A stretch of 64,000 bases of DNA from Candidatus Cloacimonadales bacterium (GTDB taxonomy: Bacteria > Cloacimonadota > Cloacimonadia > Cloacimonadales > JAFGVF01), in contig OY762964.1 in NCBI GenBank assembly GCA_963667035.1, positions 572,664 through 636,663 on the forward strand. The letters run 5' to 3'. Positions 1 to 10,660 of this stretch are shown piece after piece. The notes under the pieces are model-generated. The model ran no database searches and was not told the origin of the DNA. It was given only the letters and a program-made list of their open reading frames with translations. Within the stretch, counting starts at the first letter, position 1. Every line of letters begins with the position of its first letter. The position numbers and the translations under genes were made by a program.

Positions 1-267
1 TCCTTCATTTTTTCATCTATGAATTCACCGGCAATAGAATTGTAAGTATCAACGGTGAATGCATTGTTTGAAACCGAGAAGTTCATATTGGAAAATGGGA
101 CTTCCATGTAAGATTCGTCACTACTTAAGTTAGCGGGATTCCAGAATATAGCGTCAGAGCCTTTAGCTCTCATCATAAAACTTCCCGCAAATCCCTTGGA
201 ACGTGGAGTAGCAGTCAAGAGTAGGGAAGTAGATATCAAAACAAGTATTATAACTATTCTTTTCATT
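1..267 (-). CDS. hypothetical secreted protein (N-terminal part; gene continues past the window start)
   Basis: Minus-strand ATG at 265-267 preceded by a GGAGGTG RBS. Translation MKRIVIILVLISTSLLLTATPRS shows a signal-peptide-like N-terminus. The ORF is open to the window edge. Confidence 0.4.
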
Positions 268-277
268 GATACACCTC

Positions 278-1876
278 CTATGATTGCATTAGCACTTTTA
301 GTTTTAGGGAACCGGAGATTTTGATATAATCATCCACAGTACCTGTTATTACAACCGGTTCTTGAGTCGGATCTGCATACATTAAGAACTTAATATAAAT
401 CTCGTCATTTATGAATACTTCGAAATTATTGACTGATATTTTATATGTCTCGCTATTATTTCCGGCTTCCACATAGAAACCGTCTCCAATACCATCATCA
501 TCAATGTCATCACCATTAAAATAAAGAGTTGCTTCGTATAATGAATCGACAGTGTTGCCAAGTGGGACACTATGAATAAAAATAGAAAGACGAGCCCCAA
601 TTGGAAGTTTATTATCTATTCTCAGTTCTAGTTCAGCACTTTGGCAATATTCATCAATAATCTTCTGATTATCTTGGGAGATGTTTGCAATAGTATCCTT
701 ATCTGTTATTAATGGGACACTGGAATCTTGAAGAGAGAAATTGAAGGGAATATTTCCGGTATAATCGCCAAAAATTGAATGGTTAGTTGATATAAAGCCA
801 TATCCATCAGCAGGATTTTCAACATGAACGCGAGAGCTTTTAATGACAAGACTCGTTGGCATAATTGAGAATAAGTAGTCAATCTGCTCATCGCTTATAA
901 ACTGATAATCTACAGGTTGAGTTACAGGATAATTAGAGATTAACTCGATATCTGCAGAAGGAATGGTGAATCTCTCTCCATGGTCATCAAGTATATCAAT
1001 TCGAATACTATCACCTTTATCATTATAAGAAGTGATAGAACCTTCAAAGATAGTTGAAAAGCCAATATTGGAAGTAAGATTCAATTCTACTAAAGCATCC
1101 TCAATTATAACAACATCATCAATATTCTGGGGATACTCTATTTCCACATTCGCCAAGTCTTCTTCTATCTCAATATAATACCCGTCTATATTACCTAGAA
1201 ATGATTCAAAATAAATCATGTCAGATAACTTAATATTCAGACTACCATAATCAACCATTCCAGGGTTTCCTTGGTTATCGGTAACAGAAATTGTGAATGA
1301 TAGTGAATTAATGGAATTACCTTCCATAATATTATCCGTAGATTTAATCACATAATCAGCTAGGTTGAAACGATACTCGAAACTACCGAATTGAGATATA
1401 TCAATGGCTGGGGAGAAATGTTCACCTTCTTGTGTATATATCTCATTAAATACTATTTTTGCAGTAGCATCATGTGTCTCTTGAACAATATCGTTTAGAT
1501 TAAGTATCAAATACCCGGATTCAATTTTACCTGCAACAACCTCAATAGTGTAATCAGGAAGAATAGAAACAAAAGGAATACTACCCGGAAAAGAATTCAA
1601 CGTACTATAAAGATGGTTAACTGAGAACTCAGAATCAAGTTCTACAGCTAACTCTTCAATTCTTTTTGTGTTAATATCCCCCTTGGTCTCAACGTAGAGA
1701 GTACTATCAGACTCATTCAAAAATATATTTTCATTGTCTATCAAGTCACTAACCGGATATTTCTCATCTAACAAAGGGAGATTCAAATCAATTTCCCATT
1801 GGGTTCCTTTTGTACCCTTTATCGTACACCCTGCCAGAATGATTGCTATCAATAAAATAATGATATATCGCTTCAT
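278..1876 (-). CDS. lipoprotein of unknown function
   Basis: 532-aa ORF with a lipoprotein signal and lipobox (MKRYIIILLIAIILAGC). The mature protein is acidic and repeat-poor. No catalytic motif recognised. Confidence 0.55.
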   Translation of the reverse strand: MKRYIIILLIAIILAGCTIKGTKGTQWEIDLNLPLLDEKYPVSDLIDNENIFLNESDSTLYVETKGDINTKRIEELAVELDSEFSVNHLYSTLNSFPGSIPFVSILPDYTIEVVAGKIESGYLILNLNDIVQETHDATAKIVFNEIYTQEGEHFSPAIDISQFGSFEYRFNLADYVIKSTDNIMEGNSINSLSFTISVTDNQGNPGMVDYGSLNIKLSDMIYFESFLGNIDGYYIEIEEDLANVEIEYPQNIDDVVIIEDALVELNLTSNIGFSTIFEGSITSYNDKGDSIRIDILDDHGERFTIPSADIELISNYPVTQPVDYQFISDEQIDYLFSIMPTSLVIKSSRVHVENPADGYGFISTNHSIFGDYTGNIPFNFSLQDSSVPLITDKDTIANISQDNQKIIDEYCQSAELELRIDNKLPIGARLSIFIHSVPLGNTVDSLYEATLYFNGDDIDDDGIGDGFYVEAGNNSETYKISVNNFEVFINDEIYIKFLMYADPTQEPVVITGTVDDYIKISGSLKLKVLMQS

Positions 1877-1894
1877 ACAATTACCTCATTTTTG

Positions 1895-2860
1895 TTAAAA
1901 TAAACTGAAATTACCTTTAGCTAATTCTTTATTGAAACTAACTCCTTGAATTTTGAATCTGCTTCTTTCATAAAGCTGTTTCAATATATAATGGTCATTT
2001 CCATAGAGTAAAGAAATATTTTTTTCTGAGACCTCAATTCTGCAATCATGTTCCATTGATTTTAAGATGTCTCTAATCAATATTTCTCCTTTTACTAATT
2101 CTCCAAAGTTGGGATGAAACGGTCCATCAATTACAGCATCTCTTTCAACAATGTCCGAGTGAAGTCCTACTTTAGCAATCGTAATGTTTGCCTTTTCGAA
2201 GTTCTCAATCATTGTGACCGAATCATAAAGAGCTTGTTCTAAAGTAAGCGGAGTATACAATCCTCTATTATATAGTAATTCCAAAGGAGTTTCCTTTAAA
2301 ATTAATAACGGATATATTCTAACAAAATCAGGTTTAATATCTACAGTTGTCTTAATAGTCTTTTCCAGAGTTTCTTTACTATACCCGGGGAGTCCCGGCA
2401 TTAGCTGTATGCCAAGAGATAAACCACTATTCTTTATAAGTTTAGAAGCTTTAATAGCAACATCACAGGTGTAGTTTCTGCTGGATTTCTTTAATACATC
2501 ATTATCGAAACTCTGAATCCCCAACTCAACAGTTCTGACTTGATTATCAATACTTTCAACAAGAATTTCTTCACTAATGCAATCGGGACGTGTTGAATAT
2601 CGAATATGTGTATCAGTATCTAGAAATGGTTTAACCAATTGATAGTATTCTTTTCTTGTCTCAATAGGTAAGGCCGTGAAAGTGCCCCCGAAGAAAGCTA
2701 TTTCCTTTGGTTGGTTAGGATTGTTTATTTTAAAAAGATGTAATCCTTCTTTCAATTTCTCAGGATTGATACTATCTGATCCGGTAATATCAAATTGATT
2801 ACAGTAAATACATTGATAAGGGCATCCTTGCTGAGGAATGAATACAGGATAAATTCTCAT
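1895..2860 (-). CDS. radical SAM protein (TIGR01212/YhcC-like)
   Basis: N-terminal CPYQCIYC (Cx3Cx2C) radical-SAM cluster motif. About 320 aa. Its start overlaps the rnc stop in the same operon. Confidence 0.65.
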   Translation of the reverse strand: MRIYPVFIPQQGCPYQCIYCNQFDITGSDSINPEKLKEGLHLFKINNPNQPKEIAFFGGTFTALPIETRKEYYQLVKPFLDTDTHIRYSTRPDCISEEILVESIDNQVRTVELGIQSFDNDVLKKSSRNYTCDVAIKASKLIKNSGLSLGIQLMPGLPGYSKETLEKTIKTTVDIKPDFVRIYPLLILKETPLELLYNRGLYTPLTLEQALYDSVTMIENFEKANITIAKVGLHSDIVERDAVIDGPFHPNFGELVKGEILIRDILKSMEHDCRIEVSEKNISLLYGNDHYILKQLYERSRFKIQGVSFNKELAKGNFSLF

Positions 2861-3633
2861 TAAATCTTTAGAATGCTACAAGCTTCTTTGGCTGCATTTT
2901 GCTGAGCTTCTTTTTTGCTTGAACCGGAACCGGTCCCTACTTTCTCTCCGTTTATAAAAACACTCATAATAAATGTTTTATTATGATCCGGTCCGACTTC
3001 TCCGTCTTTCTCATATGTAGGAGGAGCTTGGAATTTTGATTGGCTGTATTCTTGTAACATACTCTTAAAGTTTTTCAGCTCATCCTGATTGATTAGTTTT
3101 CTGAAATTAGTAAGCACGATGTTTCTAACAAGTGCCCCTGCTTCTTCCAAATCACTATCCAAATAAACGGCACAAATCAATGCTTCCATAGCATCAGATA
3201 GAATCGACGGACGTTTTCTGCCTCCGTTTCTATCTTCATCTTCGCTCAGCATTAAATAACTTCCGAGATCTATCTCTATTGCTTTCACAGTGAGATACTT
3301 CTCTGAAACTATTTTAGATTTCATTTTAGAGAGTGTGCCTTCCTGACTTTCCGGAAATGTTAGAAACAGTTCTTGAGAAACAAAGAGCCCAAGAATTGAG
3401 TCCCCTAAGAACTCCATTCTCTCAAAAGGTGATATAGAACAGGCATAGGGAGCTTTCTTCCTAAAATAGGAGTTATGTGTAAAAGCACTTTTCAAAAGAT
3501 TTATATCATTAAATTTATAATTAATTCTTTTCTGAAACTCAAGGAGTCTATCTTCCCATTCACTATCTTCAATTACTATTGTTTCTCTACGTGAATTGAA
3601 AATCCCTGACAGACGTTTGATAATTGTATTCAA
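2860..3633 (-). CDS. rnc: ribonuclease III
   Basis: RNase III signature ERMEFLGDSILG and a C-terminal dsRNA-binding domain (GSGSSKKEAQQNAAKEA). Confidence 0.9.
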   Translation of the reverse strand: MNTIIKRLSGIFNSRRETIVIEDSEWEDRLLEFQKRINYKFNDINLLKSAFTHNSYFRKKAPYACSISPFERMEFLGDSILGLFVSQELFLTFPESQEGTLSKMKSKIVSEKYLTVKAIEIDLGSYLMLSEDEDRNGGRKRPSILSDAMEALICAVYLDSDLEEAGALVRNIVLTNFRKLINQDELKNFKSMLQEYSQSKFQAPPTYEKDGEVGPDHNKTFIMSVFINGEKVGTGSGSSKKEAQQNAAKEACSILKI

Positions 3634-3674
3634 TACTACCTCTGAGATGAGGGGGCGTGATGCCCCCCATAAAA

Positions 3675-4910
3675 TCAGTATTTACCGATAACTATTGCAG
3701 AGTTTTGTCCACCAAATCCTAGAGAATTACTTATAGCATAAGTTATTTTATGGTCTATAGATTTACCTTGTACATAATCAAGGTCACATTCCGGATCCGG
3801 ATTGATAAGGTTTGCGGTTAAGTGAACTTTTTGATCATTAATTGACTTAACACAAACGATTGCTTCCATAGCTGCGGCAGCACCTAACATATGTCCAACC
3901 ATTGATTTTGTTGAACTAATTTTTACTGTATAAGCATGGTCACCAAAAACACTCTTTATTGCTCTTGTTTCTGTAACATCATTTAAAGGTGTTGAGGTCC
4001 CATGTGCGTTAATATAATCAATATCTTCAGGTTTCAGTCCTGCATCAGAAATAGCCATTTGCATAGCTCTGGTACTACCTTCTCCAGATTCAGTTGGAGC
4101 GGTAATATGATATGCATCTGCAGTAGCACCATATCCCAAAAGTTCTGCATATATCTTTGCTCCACGAGCTTTGGCATGTTCAAGCTCTTCAAGAACAAGA
4201 ACAGCTGCACCTTCAGAGATAACAAATCCGTCTCTATCTTTATCAAATGGTCTACTTGAAGTAGCAGGATCATCATTTCTGGTAGAGAGTGCTTTCATGG
4301 ATGAGAAACCACCTACAGCCATTGGAGAGACAGAAGCCTCACAGCCTGTAGTTAAAACCAGGTCAGCGTCACCGTACTGAATAGAACGGAAAGCTGTTCC
4401 AATCGCATGATTAGAACTTGCACAAGCAGACACAACGTTAAAGTTGATACCTTTAAGATTGTGCTCAATTGATATGTGAGCAGATGCTATATTAGATATC
4501 ATTTTTGGGATAAAAAACGGACTGATACGTCTAGGTCCTTTCAGAACCTTCTTTTCGACTTCTTCTTCAAATGTATGAATTCCACCAATTCCTGCACCGG
4601 TAATGCATCCAAATCTGTCAGGATTGTAGTCACAGTTCTTTAATCCTGAATCTTTCATTGCCTGACGAGCAGCAACTACCGCGTACTGGGCATATAAGTC
4701 TATTTTTTTTACTTCTTTAGCATCAAAATGGTCTATTGGATCATAACCGTTTATCTGGGCAGCGAATTTGACTCCAAATTTTTCGGTATCAAATCTTTCG
4801 ATATTTCTTATACCTACTTTCCCGGACAAGAGGTTTGCCCATGTTTCATCAACACTATTTCCTACAGGGTTTATGGTTCCTAATCCTGTAATAACAACTC
4901 TTCTTTTCAT
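3675..4910 (-). CDS. fabF: 3-oxoacyl-ACP synthase II
   Basis: MKRRVVITGLGTINPVGN N-terminus, active-site Cys region (ACASS) and the His/His motifs of KAS II. It sits in the canonical position after acpP. Confidence 0.9.
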   Translation of the reverse strand: MKRRVVITGLGTINPVGNSVDETWANLLSGKVGIRNIERFDTEKFGVKFAAQINGYDPIDHFDAKEVKKIDLYAQYAVVAARQAMKDSGLKNCDYNPDRFGCITGAGIGGIHTFEEEVEKKVLKGPRRISPFFIPKMISNIASAHISIEHNLKGINFNVVSACASSNHAIGTAFRSIQYGDADLVLTTGCEASVSPMAVGGFSSMKALSTRNDDPATSSRPFDKDRDGFVISEGAAVLVLEELEHAKARGAKIYAELLGYGATADAYHITAPTESGEGSTRAMQMAISDAGLKPEDIDYINAHGTSTPLNDVTETRAIKSVFGDHAYTVKISSTKSMVGHMLGAAAAMEAIVCVKSINDQKVHLTANLINPDPECDLDYVQGKSIDHKITYAISNSLGFGGQNSAIVIGKY

Positions 4911-4989
4911 AAAAACCTCTGTTCATTAATGTGTAGAAAATAAAAGGTTGCTCAAATGTTGCCATCCGAACAACCTCAAATATCTAAGA

Positions 4990-5226
4990 TTAACCGTTAA
5001 GTTTTGATGTAAGATAACTGACAGCTTGACCAACAGTGCGAAGTTTGTCCTGATCTTCTTCAGGGATTTCGATATCGAATTTGTCTTCAAACTTCATTAC
5101 AAGCTCAACTGTATCTAATGAATCTGCACCTAAATCATCGATGAAATTAGCTTCATCAGTGATTTGACTTTCATCTACGTTAAGTTCTTCCATTATGATT
5201 TTTTTTACTTCTTGTGCGATATCCAT
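4990..5226 (-). CDS. acpP: acyl carrier protein
   Basis: 78 aa with the phosphopantetheine-attachment motif [13 protein letters not shown]. Confidence 0.9.
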   Translation of the reverse strand: MDIAQEVKKIIMEELNVDESQITDEANFIDDLGADSLDTVELVMKFEDKFDIEIPEEDQDKLRTVGQAVSYLTSKLNG

Positions 5227-5250
5227 TATATCCTCCTAAGTTTTATACTT

Positions 5251-5997
5251 CTAGATTATAAGGCCACCGTCAACATTGATGACTTGACCTGTTATATATT
5301 CTGCTTCATCAGAAGCAAGGAATAAACATAAATCCGCAACATTCTTCACTGAGCCCATTCTACTTAATGGTATGGCTTTTGCATATTCAGCGATAACGTT
5401 CTCACCGAGATTCTCCGTCATCTCGGTTTCAATAAATCCCGGAGCTACTGCATTTACTCTTATACCTCTTGAGGCAAATTCTTTAGCAGTAGATTTGGTT
5501 AAAGCAATAACTCCACCTTTTGAGGCAGCGTAATTAGCCTGACCTGCATTTCCCATAACACCAATAACCGAGGCGATATTAACAATAACGCCTGATTTTT
5601 GTTTTAAAAGATAACGACTAAGCTTCTGAGTACAAATAAAAGTTCCTTTCAGATTTACGGCAATGACTGTATCCCAATCGGATTCTTTCATTCTCATTAT
5701 AAGGTTATCTTTAGTGATACCGGCGTTATTTACTAAAATATCTATGTGACCATGTTTAGCACTTACTTCTTTGAAGATGTCTGCTATAGTATCTCCATCA
5801 GTCACATTGGCAGCATATCCTTCAGCTTTGTAACCTAAATCGGTTAACTTCTTAACTGCTTCATCAATAGATTCTTGCATCAAATCAAGAATAACTATTA
5901 AAGCACCTTCTTCAGCAAAGCGTTGTGCTATTCCAAAGCCTATGCCACGAGCACTTCCGGTTATTACTGCTACTTTATCTTTTAATCTATTCTGCAT
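5251..5997 (-). CDS. fabG: 3-oxoacyl-ACP reductase
   Basis: SDR fold with the TGSARGIG Rossmann motif, NNAG, and a YxxxK catalytic dyad (YAASK). Lies between acpP and fabD. Confidence 0.85.
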   Translation of the reverse strand: MQNRLKDKVAVITGSARGIGFGIAQRFAEEGALIVILDLMQESIDEAVKKLTDLGYKAEGYAANVTDGDTIADIFKEVSAKHGHIDILVNNAGITKDNLIMRMKESDWDTVIAVNLKGTFICTQKLSRYLLKQKSGVIVNIASVIGVMGNAGQANYAASKGGVIALTKSTAKEFASRGIRVNAVAPGFIETEMTENLGENVIAEYAKAIPLSRMGSVKNVADLCLFLASDEAEYITGQVINVDGGLII

Positions 5998-6943
5998 TGT
6001 TTAATCCTTCTAAAACTGTGTCTATATCTGAAAGTTTATCAACGTTATAAACAATTGCATTCCTGTCTATTTTTTTTATCATACCACTAAGAACTTTGTT
6101 AGGTCCAAACTCAATAAATACTTTAACACCTTCGTTAACCATGCGAGTTACACAATCTACCCACAGTACAGAAGATGTTACTTGTTTTGTTAAGTTATCA
6201 ACAATTTTCATTGGGTCGGTTGCCGGTAAGGCATCCACATTTGATACTACCGGAATATCGGTTGTATTGAATTGCATCTTAGTCATTTCTTCATTTAACC
6301 AGATACCGGCTTTCTCAATTAGCGGAGAGTGGAAAGGACCACCGACAACTAACGGAACAGCTCTTTTAGCTCCATTAGCTTTACATATCTCTGCAGCTTT
6401 TTTTACACCTGCTTCACTACCTGATATAACGGTTTGTACCGGAGTATTAAAGTTAGCAGCTATTACTATCCCTTCACTTTGGGCTTCTTCACAGGCATTT
6501 TTTACACCTTCGGAGTCCATACCGATAATTGCATACATTGCATAGGGCTGATCTCCGTTAGCATCAATCATGAATTGTCCTCTTTTATGAACAAGGTGTA
6601 ATGCATCTTCAACCGATAAAACACCATTTGCAACTAATGCTGAGAACTCACCTAATGAATGACCTGCAACGAAACCGGGTGTTATACCGCTTTTCTCTAT
6701 GAAACTTTTCCAAGCACAGTAGCTATGAAATAAAATAGCAGGTTGTGTATATTTTGTTTCTTTTAATTCGCTTTCAGGACCTTCAGCCATTATAGTAGCT
6801 AGTGTTGTTTCATGATTTGCATCAAAACTAGTTAAAATTTCTTGCAGTTCGGGATTTGCTTCTATAAAATCTGAAGCCATTCCAATATATTGAGCACCTT
6901 GTCCAGGAAAGACAAAAGCTATTTCTTCATTTGAAAGGTTCAT
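5987..6943 (-). CDS. fabD: malonyl-CoA:ACP transacylase
   Basis: FVFPGQGAQYIGM and GHSLGEFSAL (active-site Ser) motifs. Confidence 0.85.
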   Translation of the reverse strand: MNLSNEEIAFVFPGQGAQYIGMASDFIEANPELQEILTSFDANHETTLATIMAEGPESELKETKYTQPAILFHSYCAWKSFIEKSGITPGFVAGHSLGEFSALVANGVLSVEDALHLVHKRGQFMIDANGDQPYAMYAIIGMDSEGVKNACEEAQSEGIVIAANFNTPVQTVISGSEAGVKKAAEICKANGAKRAVPLVVGGPFHSPLIEKAGIWLNEEMTKMQFNTTDIPVVSNVDALPATDPMKIVDNLTKQVTSSVLWVDCVTRMVNEGVKVFIEFGPNKVLSGMIKKIDRNAIVYNVDKLSDIDTVLEGLNNAE

Positions 6944-6952
6944 TTTTACTCC

Positions 6953-7948
6953 TTAATATCTAAAGAGAACACTACCCCAAGTTAATCCGGCTCCGAAGGA
7001 AACAATGTGAATTACATCTCCACGTCTTATCTTTCCCTCTTCAATTGCTTCGGAAATTGCAATAGGAATAGTAGCGGATGAAGTATTTGCATATTTTTCA
7101 ATATTAACAATTACTTTATCCTTATTTATCTTCATTTTATTACCTAGACTTTCAATAATTCTCATGTTTGCCTGATGAGGAACTAACCAATCAAGATCAT
7201 TGAAGTCCATGTTATTGCGTTTTATTATATTCTCACTCGTTGAATACATTGATTTAACAGCCAATTTGAAAACTCGATTACCTTGCATTGAAACGGTATG
7301 CTTGTTTTCTCTTACAGTTTCTTCAGTTGCAGGTAATCTTGAACCACCGGCTTCCTGAACCAATAACTCATGATAGTTACCATCAGCAAGAATCTCAGAA
7401 TCGATAATCTTGGAAGTTTCATTACTCTGAGCTCTGGAGATAATGGCTGCACCGGCTCCGTCACCGAAAAGAACACAAGTGTTTCTATCTTTCCAGTTTA
7501 GGATTTTTGAGAGTATTTCTACTCCAATAACTAGTACATTCTGCTTTGTTCCGTTCTCCACGAATTGTCTGGCAATATCGGATGCATAGATGAATCCGGG
7601 GCATCCTGCCGAGATATCAAAAGCCGGTATCCCTTTCAACCCGAGATTGTTCTGTACAAAACAAGCTGTTGATGGGAAGGCATGATCGGGAGATATTGTT
7701 CCACAGATTATTAAATCTATGTCCTTATACTTAATATTTGAGTTTTCGATACAGTTTTGGGCTGCTTTTGTTGCCAAGTCACTTGCTGCCTGCTCAGGAG
7801 CTGCAATTCTCCTTTCAAACATTCCTGTTCTAGTTCTGATCCATTCGTCACTTGTATCAACTATTTTCTCAAGATCGTAGTTGTTTAAGATTTTCTCAGG
7901 AACATAACGTCCGAACGCAGTATACTTTGCTTTGTATTTCATATTCAC
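6953..7948 (-). CDS. fabH: 3-oxoacyl-ACP synthase III
   Basis: KAS III family motifs, including the active-site Cys in AFDISAGCPGFIYA and a C-terminal GFGAGLTWG. Confidence 0.85.
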   Translation of the reverse strand: MNMKYKAKYTAFGRYVPEKILNNYDLEKIVDTSDEWIRTRTGMFERRIAAPEQAASDLATKAAQNCIENSNIKYKDIDLIICGTISPDHAFPSTACFVQNNLGLKGIPAFDISAGCPGFIYASDIARQFVENGTKQNVLVIGVEILSKILNWKDRNTCVLFGDGAGAAIISRAQSNETSKIIDSEILADGNYHELLVQEAGGSRLPATEETVRENKHTVSMQGNRVFKLAVKSMYSTSENIIKRNNMDFNDLDWLVPHQANMRIIESLGNKMKINKDKVIVNIEKYANTSSATIPIAISEAIEEGKIRRGDVIHIVSFGAGLTWGSVLFRY

Positions 7949-8940
7949 TGCCTTTCAAAATAATCGATAGAATGCTTAACGAAACCTGAATTTACTATTC
8001 TGGTTGCATATTTTATCGCATTCTTAATTGACAAGGCGTTTGAACTGCCATGTCCGATTATCGTTATACCTCTTACTCCAACAAGGAGTGAACCACCGTA
8101 TTCCGTGTGGTCTAATCGTTTTTTTAGATATGCATAAGCGGGGAAAGAAAGCAATGCACCTATCTTTGCTATCCAGTCTTTAGCAATCTGTTCTTTTATT
8201 ATTTTGAGTACAGATAACACTGAACCTTCAAATGTCTTTAGCATTACATTTCCAACAAATCCATCACATACAATTACATCCGTTCCACCCTGAAGCAGAT
8301 ATTTACCTTCTATGTTTCCATGAAAGTTTATCCTTTCCTCATTGGATAGTAGCTCGTATGTCCGCTTAACAAGATCATTTCCTTTCTCAGCTTCTTCTCC
8401 TATATTGAGTAATGATACTCGAGGAGATTTAGTGTGAAAGAAATACTGACTATATAAGGTTCCTAAAAGGGCAAATTGCTGAAGATGCTCAGGGGCACAA
8501 TCAACGTTAGCTCCCACATCCAGTAAAATGACAGGGTTTTCAGTAGTTGGAAATACAACTGCTAAAGCAGGGCGCATAATGTTTTTTATACGCTTATATG
8601 CGAATAGAGATGCACTCATAACCGCACCGGTATTGCCGGCACTTACAGCTGCATCTGCAATCCCTTCTTTATGTAATTCTACTGTACGAACCAGAGAAGA
8701 GTCTTTTTTCTTTCTGACAGAGCTTGCCGCTTTGTCACTCATCTCGATTCGCTCTGATGCCGGAATTATCTCAATTCTGGACTTATCATAAAAATACTTT
8801 TCCAACTCTTTGGCTAATACTTCTTCCTTACCAACTAGGAATATCTTATCACAAATATTCTCCCTAATAGCAAGAACCGCACCCTCCACTTCAGGATAAG
8901 GTGCGTGATCACTGCCAAATGCGTCTAAAGCTATTTGCAT
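7945..8940 (-). CDS. plsX: phosphate acyltransferase PlsX
   Basis: MQIALDAFGSDHAP N-terminus typical of PlsX. It sits in the conserved rpmF-plsX-fabH order. Confidence 0.85.
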   Translation of the reverse strand: MQIALDAFGSDHAPYPEVEGAVLAIRENICDKIFLVGKEEVLAKELEKYFYDKSRIEIIPASERIEMSDKAASSVRKKKDSSLVRTVELHKEGIADAAVSAGNTGAVMSASLFAYKRIKNIMRPALAVVFPTTENPVILLDVGANVDCAPEHLQQFALLGTLYSQYFFHTKSPRVSLLNIGEEAEKGNDLVKRTYELLSNEERINFHGNIEGKYLLQGGTDVIVCDGFVGNVMLKTFEGSVLSVLKIIKEQIAKDWIAKIGALLSFPAYAYLKKRLDHTEYGGSLLVGVRGITIIGHGSSNALSIKNAIKYATRIVNSGFVKHSIDYFERQ

Positions 8941-8942
8941 CC

Positions 8943-9128
8943 TTATTTTTCACTCTTTATCTCAATTACCTGCTTTCCTTTATAAAATCCGCATGCTTTA
9001 CAAACATTATGTGGTTTGAATGCTTCTCCACAATTTGGACATATACTGAAGGCAGGAGCTGAAATCTTATAGTGAGTACGCCTTTTATCTCTACGTGTCT
9101 TAGATGTTTTCCGTTTAGGTACTGGCAT
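8943..9128 (-). CDS. rpmF: 50S ribosomal protein L32
   Basis: [21 protein letters not shown] with a Cys-x2-Cys ... Cys-x2-Cys zinc ribbon. Confidence 0.85.
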   Translation of the reverse strand: MPVPKRKTSKTRRDKRRTHYKISAPAFSICPNCGEAFKPHNVCKACGFYKGKQVIEIKSEK

Positions 9129-9481
9129 GATGTCTCCTTATTTATATCTTACTTATCTATCTTACTCATTAAAGACAATTTCAGCACAAATTATTTTGAC
9201 CGTCCCATGTGTCAAGAACTTTAAATAAGTACTTCTCTCGAATACTATTAGAACTTTTCTGTCACTAATAGGACAATCCTATGACATTTAAGACAAAATA
9301 TTATGTAGGATATATATTCACTACTATGTTTCAACTATTTCTCTGTTAAATGAAACAAATTCATTATTGACGTCAAGAGTTTTTCCATTCAATTTCCATA
9401 GCTTTATCACTGAGCTCTATCATTCATAGTTTTTTACTATGCCTTTATTCTGCAATAAACAATAGATTTCTCTTATTACTA

Positions 9482-10387
9482 CTAGAGTTTTTTAAATCCT
9501 GTACCTAATGTCTCGTGAACATCACTTATCGTTACAAAGGCTTTAGTATCTATATTTTTAAGGATGCTTTTAACTTTAGGAATTTCTCTTCTATTGATTA
9601 CAGTATATACAATTTCTTTTTTGCTCTCACTAAATGAGCCCTTTCCATAGAATATAGTGCAACCTCGATGAAGTTCTGTCATTATTGATTTTCTTACGGG
9701 TGTAGATTTATCAGTAACAATCATTACTCCTTTAGAATAAGAAAAGCCTTCTAATACTAGATCACATATTTTTGAGCTAACAACTAATGAAAGCAAACCC
9801 CAAAAAAATAAATTTGGATTCTTAAAAATTGTCCCTATTACAAATATAATGAAAGTATCTATGATTAAATATGAGTTTCCTATAGTAAATCCAAAATACT
9901 TTCTCATCAGTAATGCAGGAATATCTGTTCCCCCAGTTGATCCGTTGAATTTTATAACCAAACCAAACCCAGCGCCGACTATAACAGAACCGGCCATTAT
10001 AGCCAGAAAAGGTTCATTAGAAAGAGACCATGCTCTATCATTGATTTTAAAAAGATAATCCCTTAGAAAAAATACCTTTATCATGTTTCTTGAGGAGAAA
10101 AAATCCGTAAAAAAAGTCAACGAAAACATTCCTACTATTGTTTTAATTCCAAATTGTTTACCAAAAGCAATCAACCCAACAATAAACAGGGGAATATTTA
10201 TCATTAACATACTTATCCCTGCTGGAAACTGAAATAAATAATAAAAGATTTGAGCTATACCACCAACTCCACCTGGTGATGATTTATAAGGTATAAGAAA
10301 CAGAGAAAAGCCGATTCCGCAAAGAATAGTTCCAATTATAATGCCAATTGCATCTTTAATAAAACCAAAGTTAATTTTCACAAGCAC
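9482..10387 (-). CDS. YitT-family (DUF161/DUF2179) membrane protein
   Basis: Multi-pass membrane N-terminus, the GSTGGTDI motif typical of the YitT family, and a soluble C-terminal domain. Confidence 0.55.
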   Translation of the reverse strand: MLVKINFGFIKDAIGIIIGTILCGIGFSLFLIPYKSSPGGVGGIAQIFYYLFQFPAGISMLMINIPLFIVGLIAFGKQFGIKTIVGMFSLTFFTDFFSSRNMIKVFFLRDYLFKINDRAWSLSNEPFLAIMAGSVIVGAGFGLVIKFNGSTGGTDIPALLMRKYFGFTIGNSYLIIDTFIIFVIGTIFKNPNLFFWGLLSLVVSSKICDLVLEGFSYSKGVMIVTDKSTPVRKSIMTELHRGCTIFYGKGSFSESKKEIVYTVINRREIPKVKSILKNIDTKAFVTISDVHETLGTGFKKL

Positions 10388-10474
10388 CTCTTGCTTTTTA
10401 AAAGTAAAATGTTTAATAGTAATAATAAACTAAGAATGTTGAAATATCTATTTGCTAACACTTGATTCAAAAAA

Positions 10475-10660
10475 TCAAAGTTTATCAATCAACATCTGTT
10501 TTTGAGCTTTAGCTTTTTTCTCAGAATCAAACTTATAGGATAATATTTTGTTATCTTTCGTTACTACATCAAAAACATAAAGCCATCCTGTGTGATAAAA
10601 GACTTCATATATCTCTGAGACATTGACAATTTTTCCTATATCTATGTTTTCAATCTTCAT
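10475..10660 (-). CDS. small hypothetical protein (61 aa), translationally coupled to the upstream transporter
   Basis: Its ATG overlaps the TGA of the EamA-like gene (ATGA overlap at 10657-10660). No recognisable motif. Confidence 0.35.
   Translation of the reverse strand: MKIENIDIGKIVNVSEIYEVFYHTGWLYVFDVVTKDNKILSYKFDSEKKAKAQKQMLIDKL

Noticed and set aside
4002-4380. Antisense and alternative-frame ORFs inside fabF (and similar ORFs inside fabD, 6096-6545; the sucCD-like gene, 11599-13290; the RND gene, 42499-43747; the helicase, 20584-22116; the arcC-like and P-loop genes, 51429-53125; and others)
   Set aside because: They are embedded in strongly supported conserved genes, have low-complexity composition, and lack RBSs. 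They are typical shadow ORFs.
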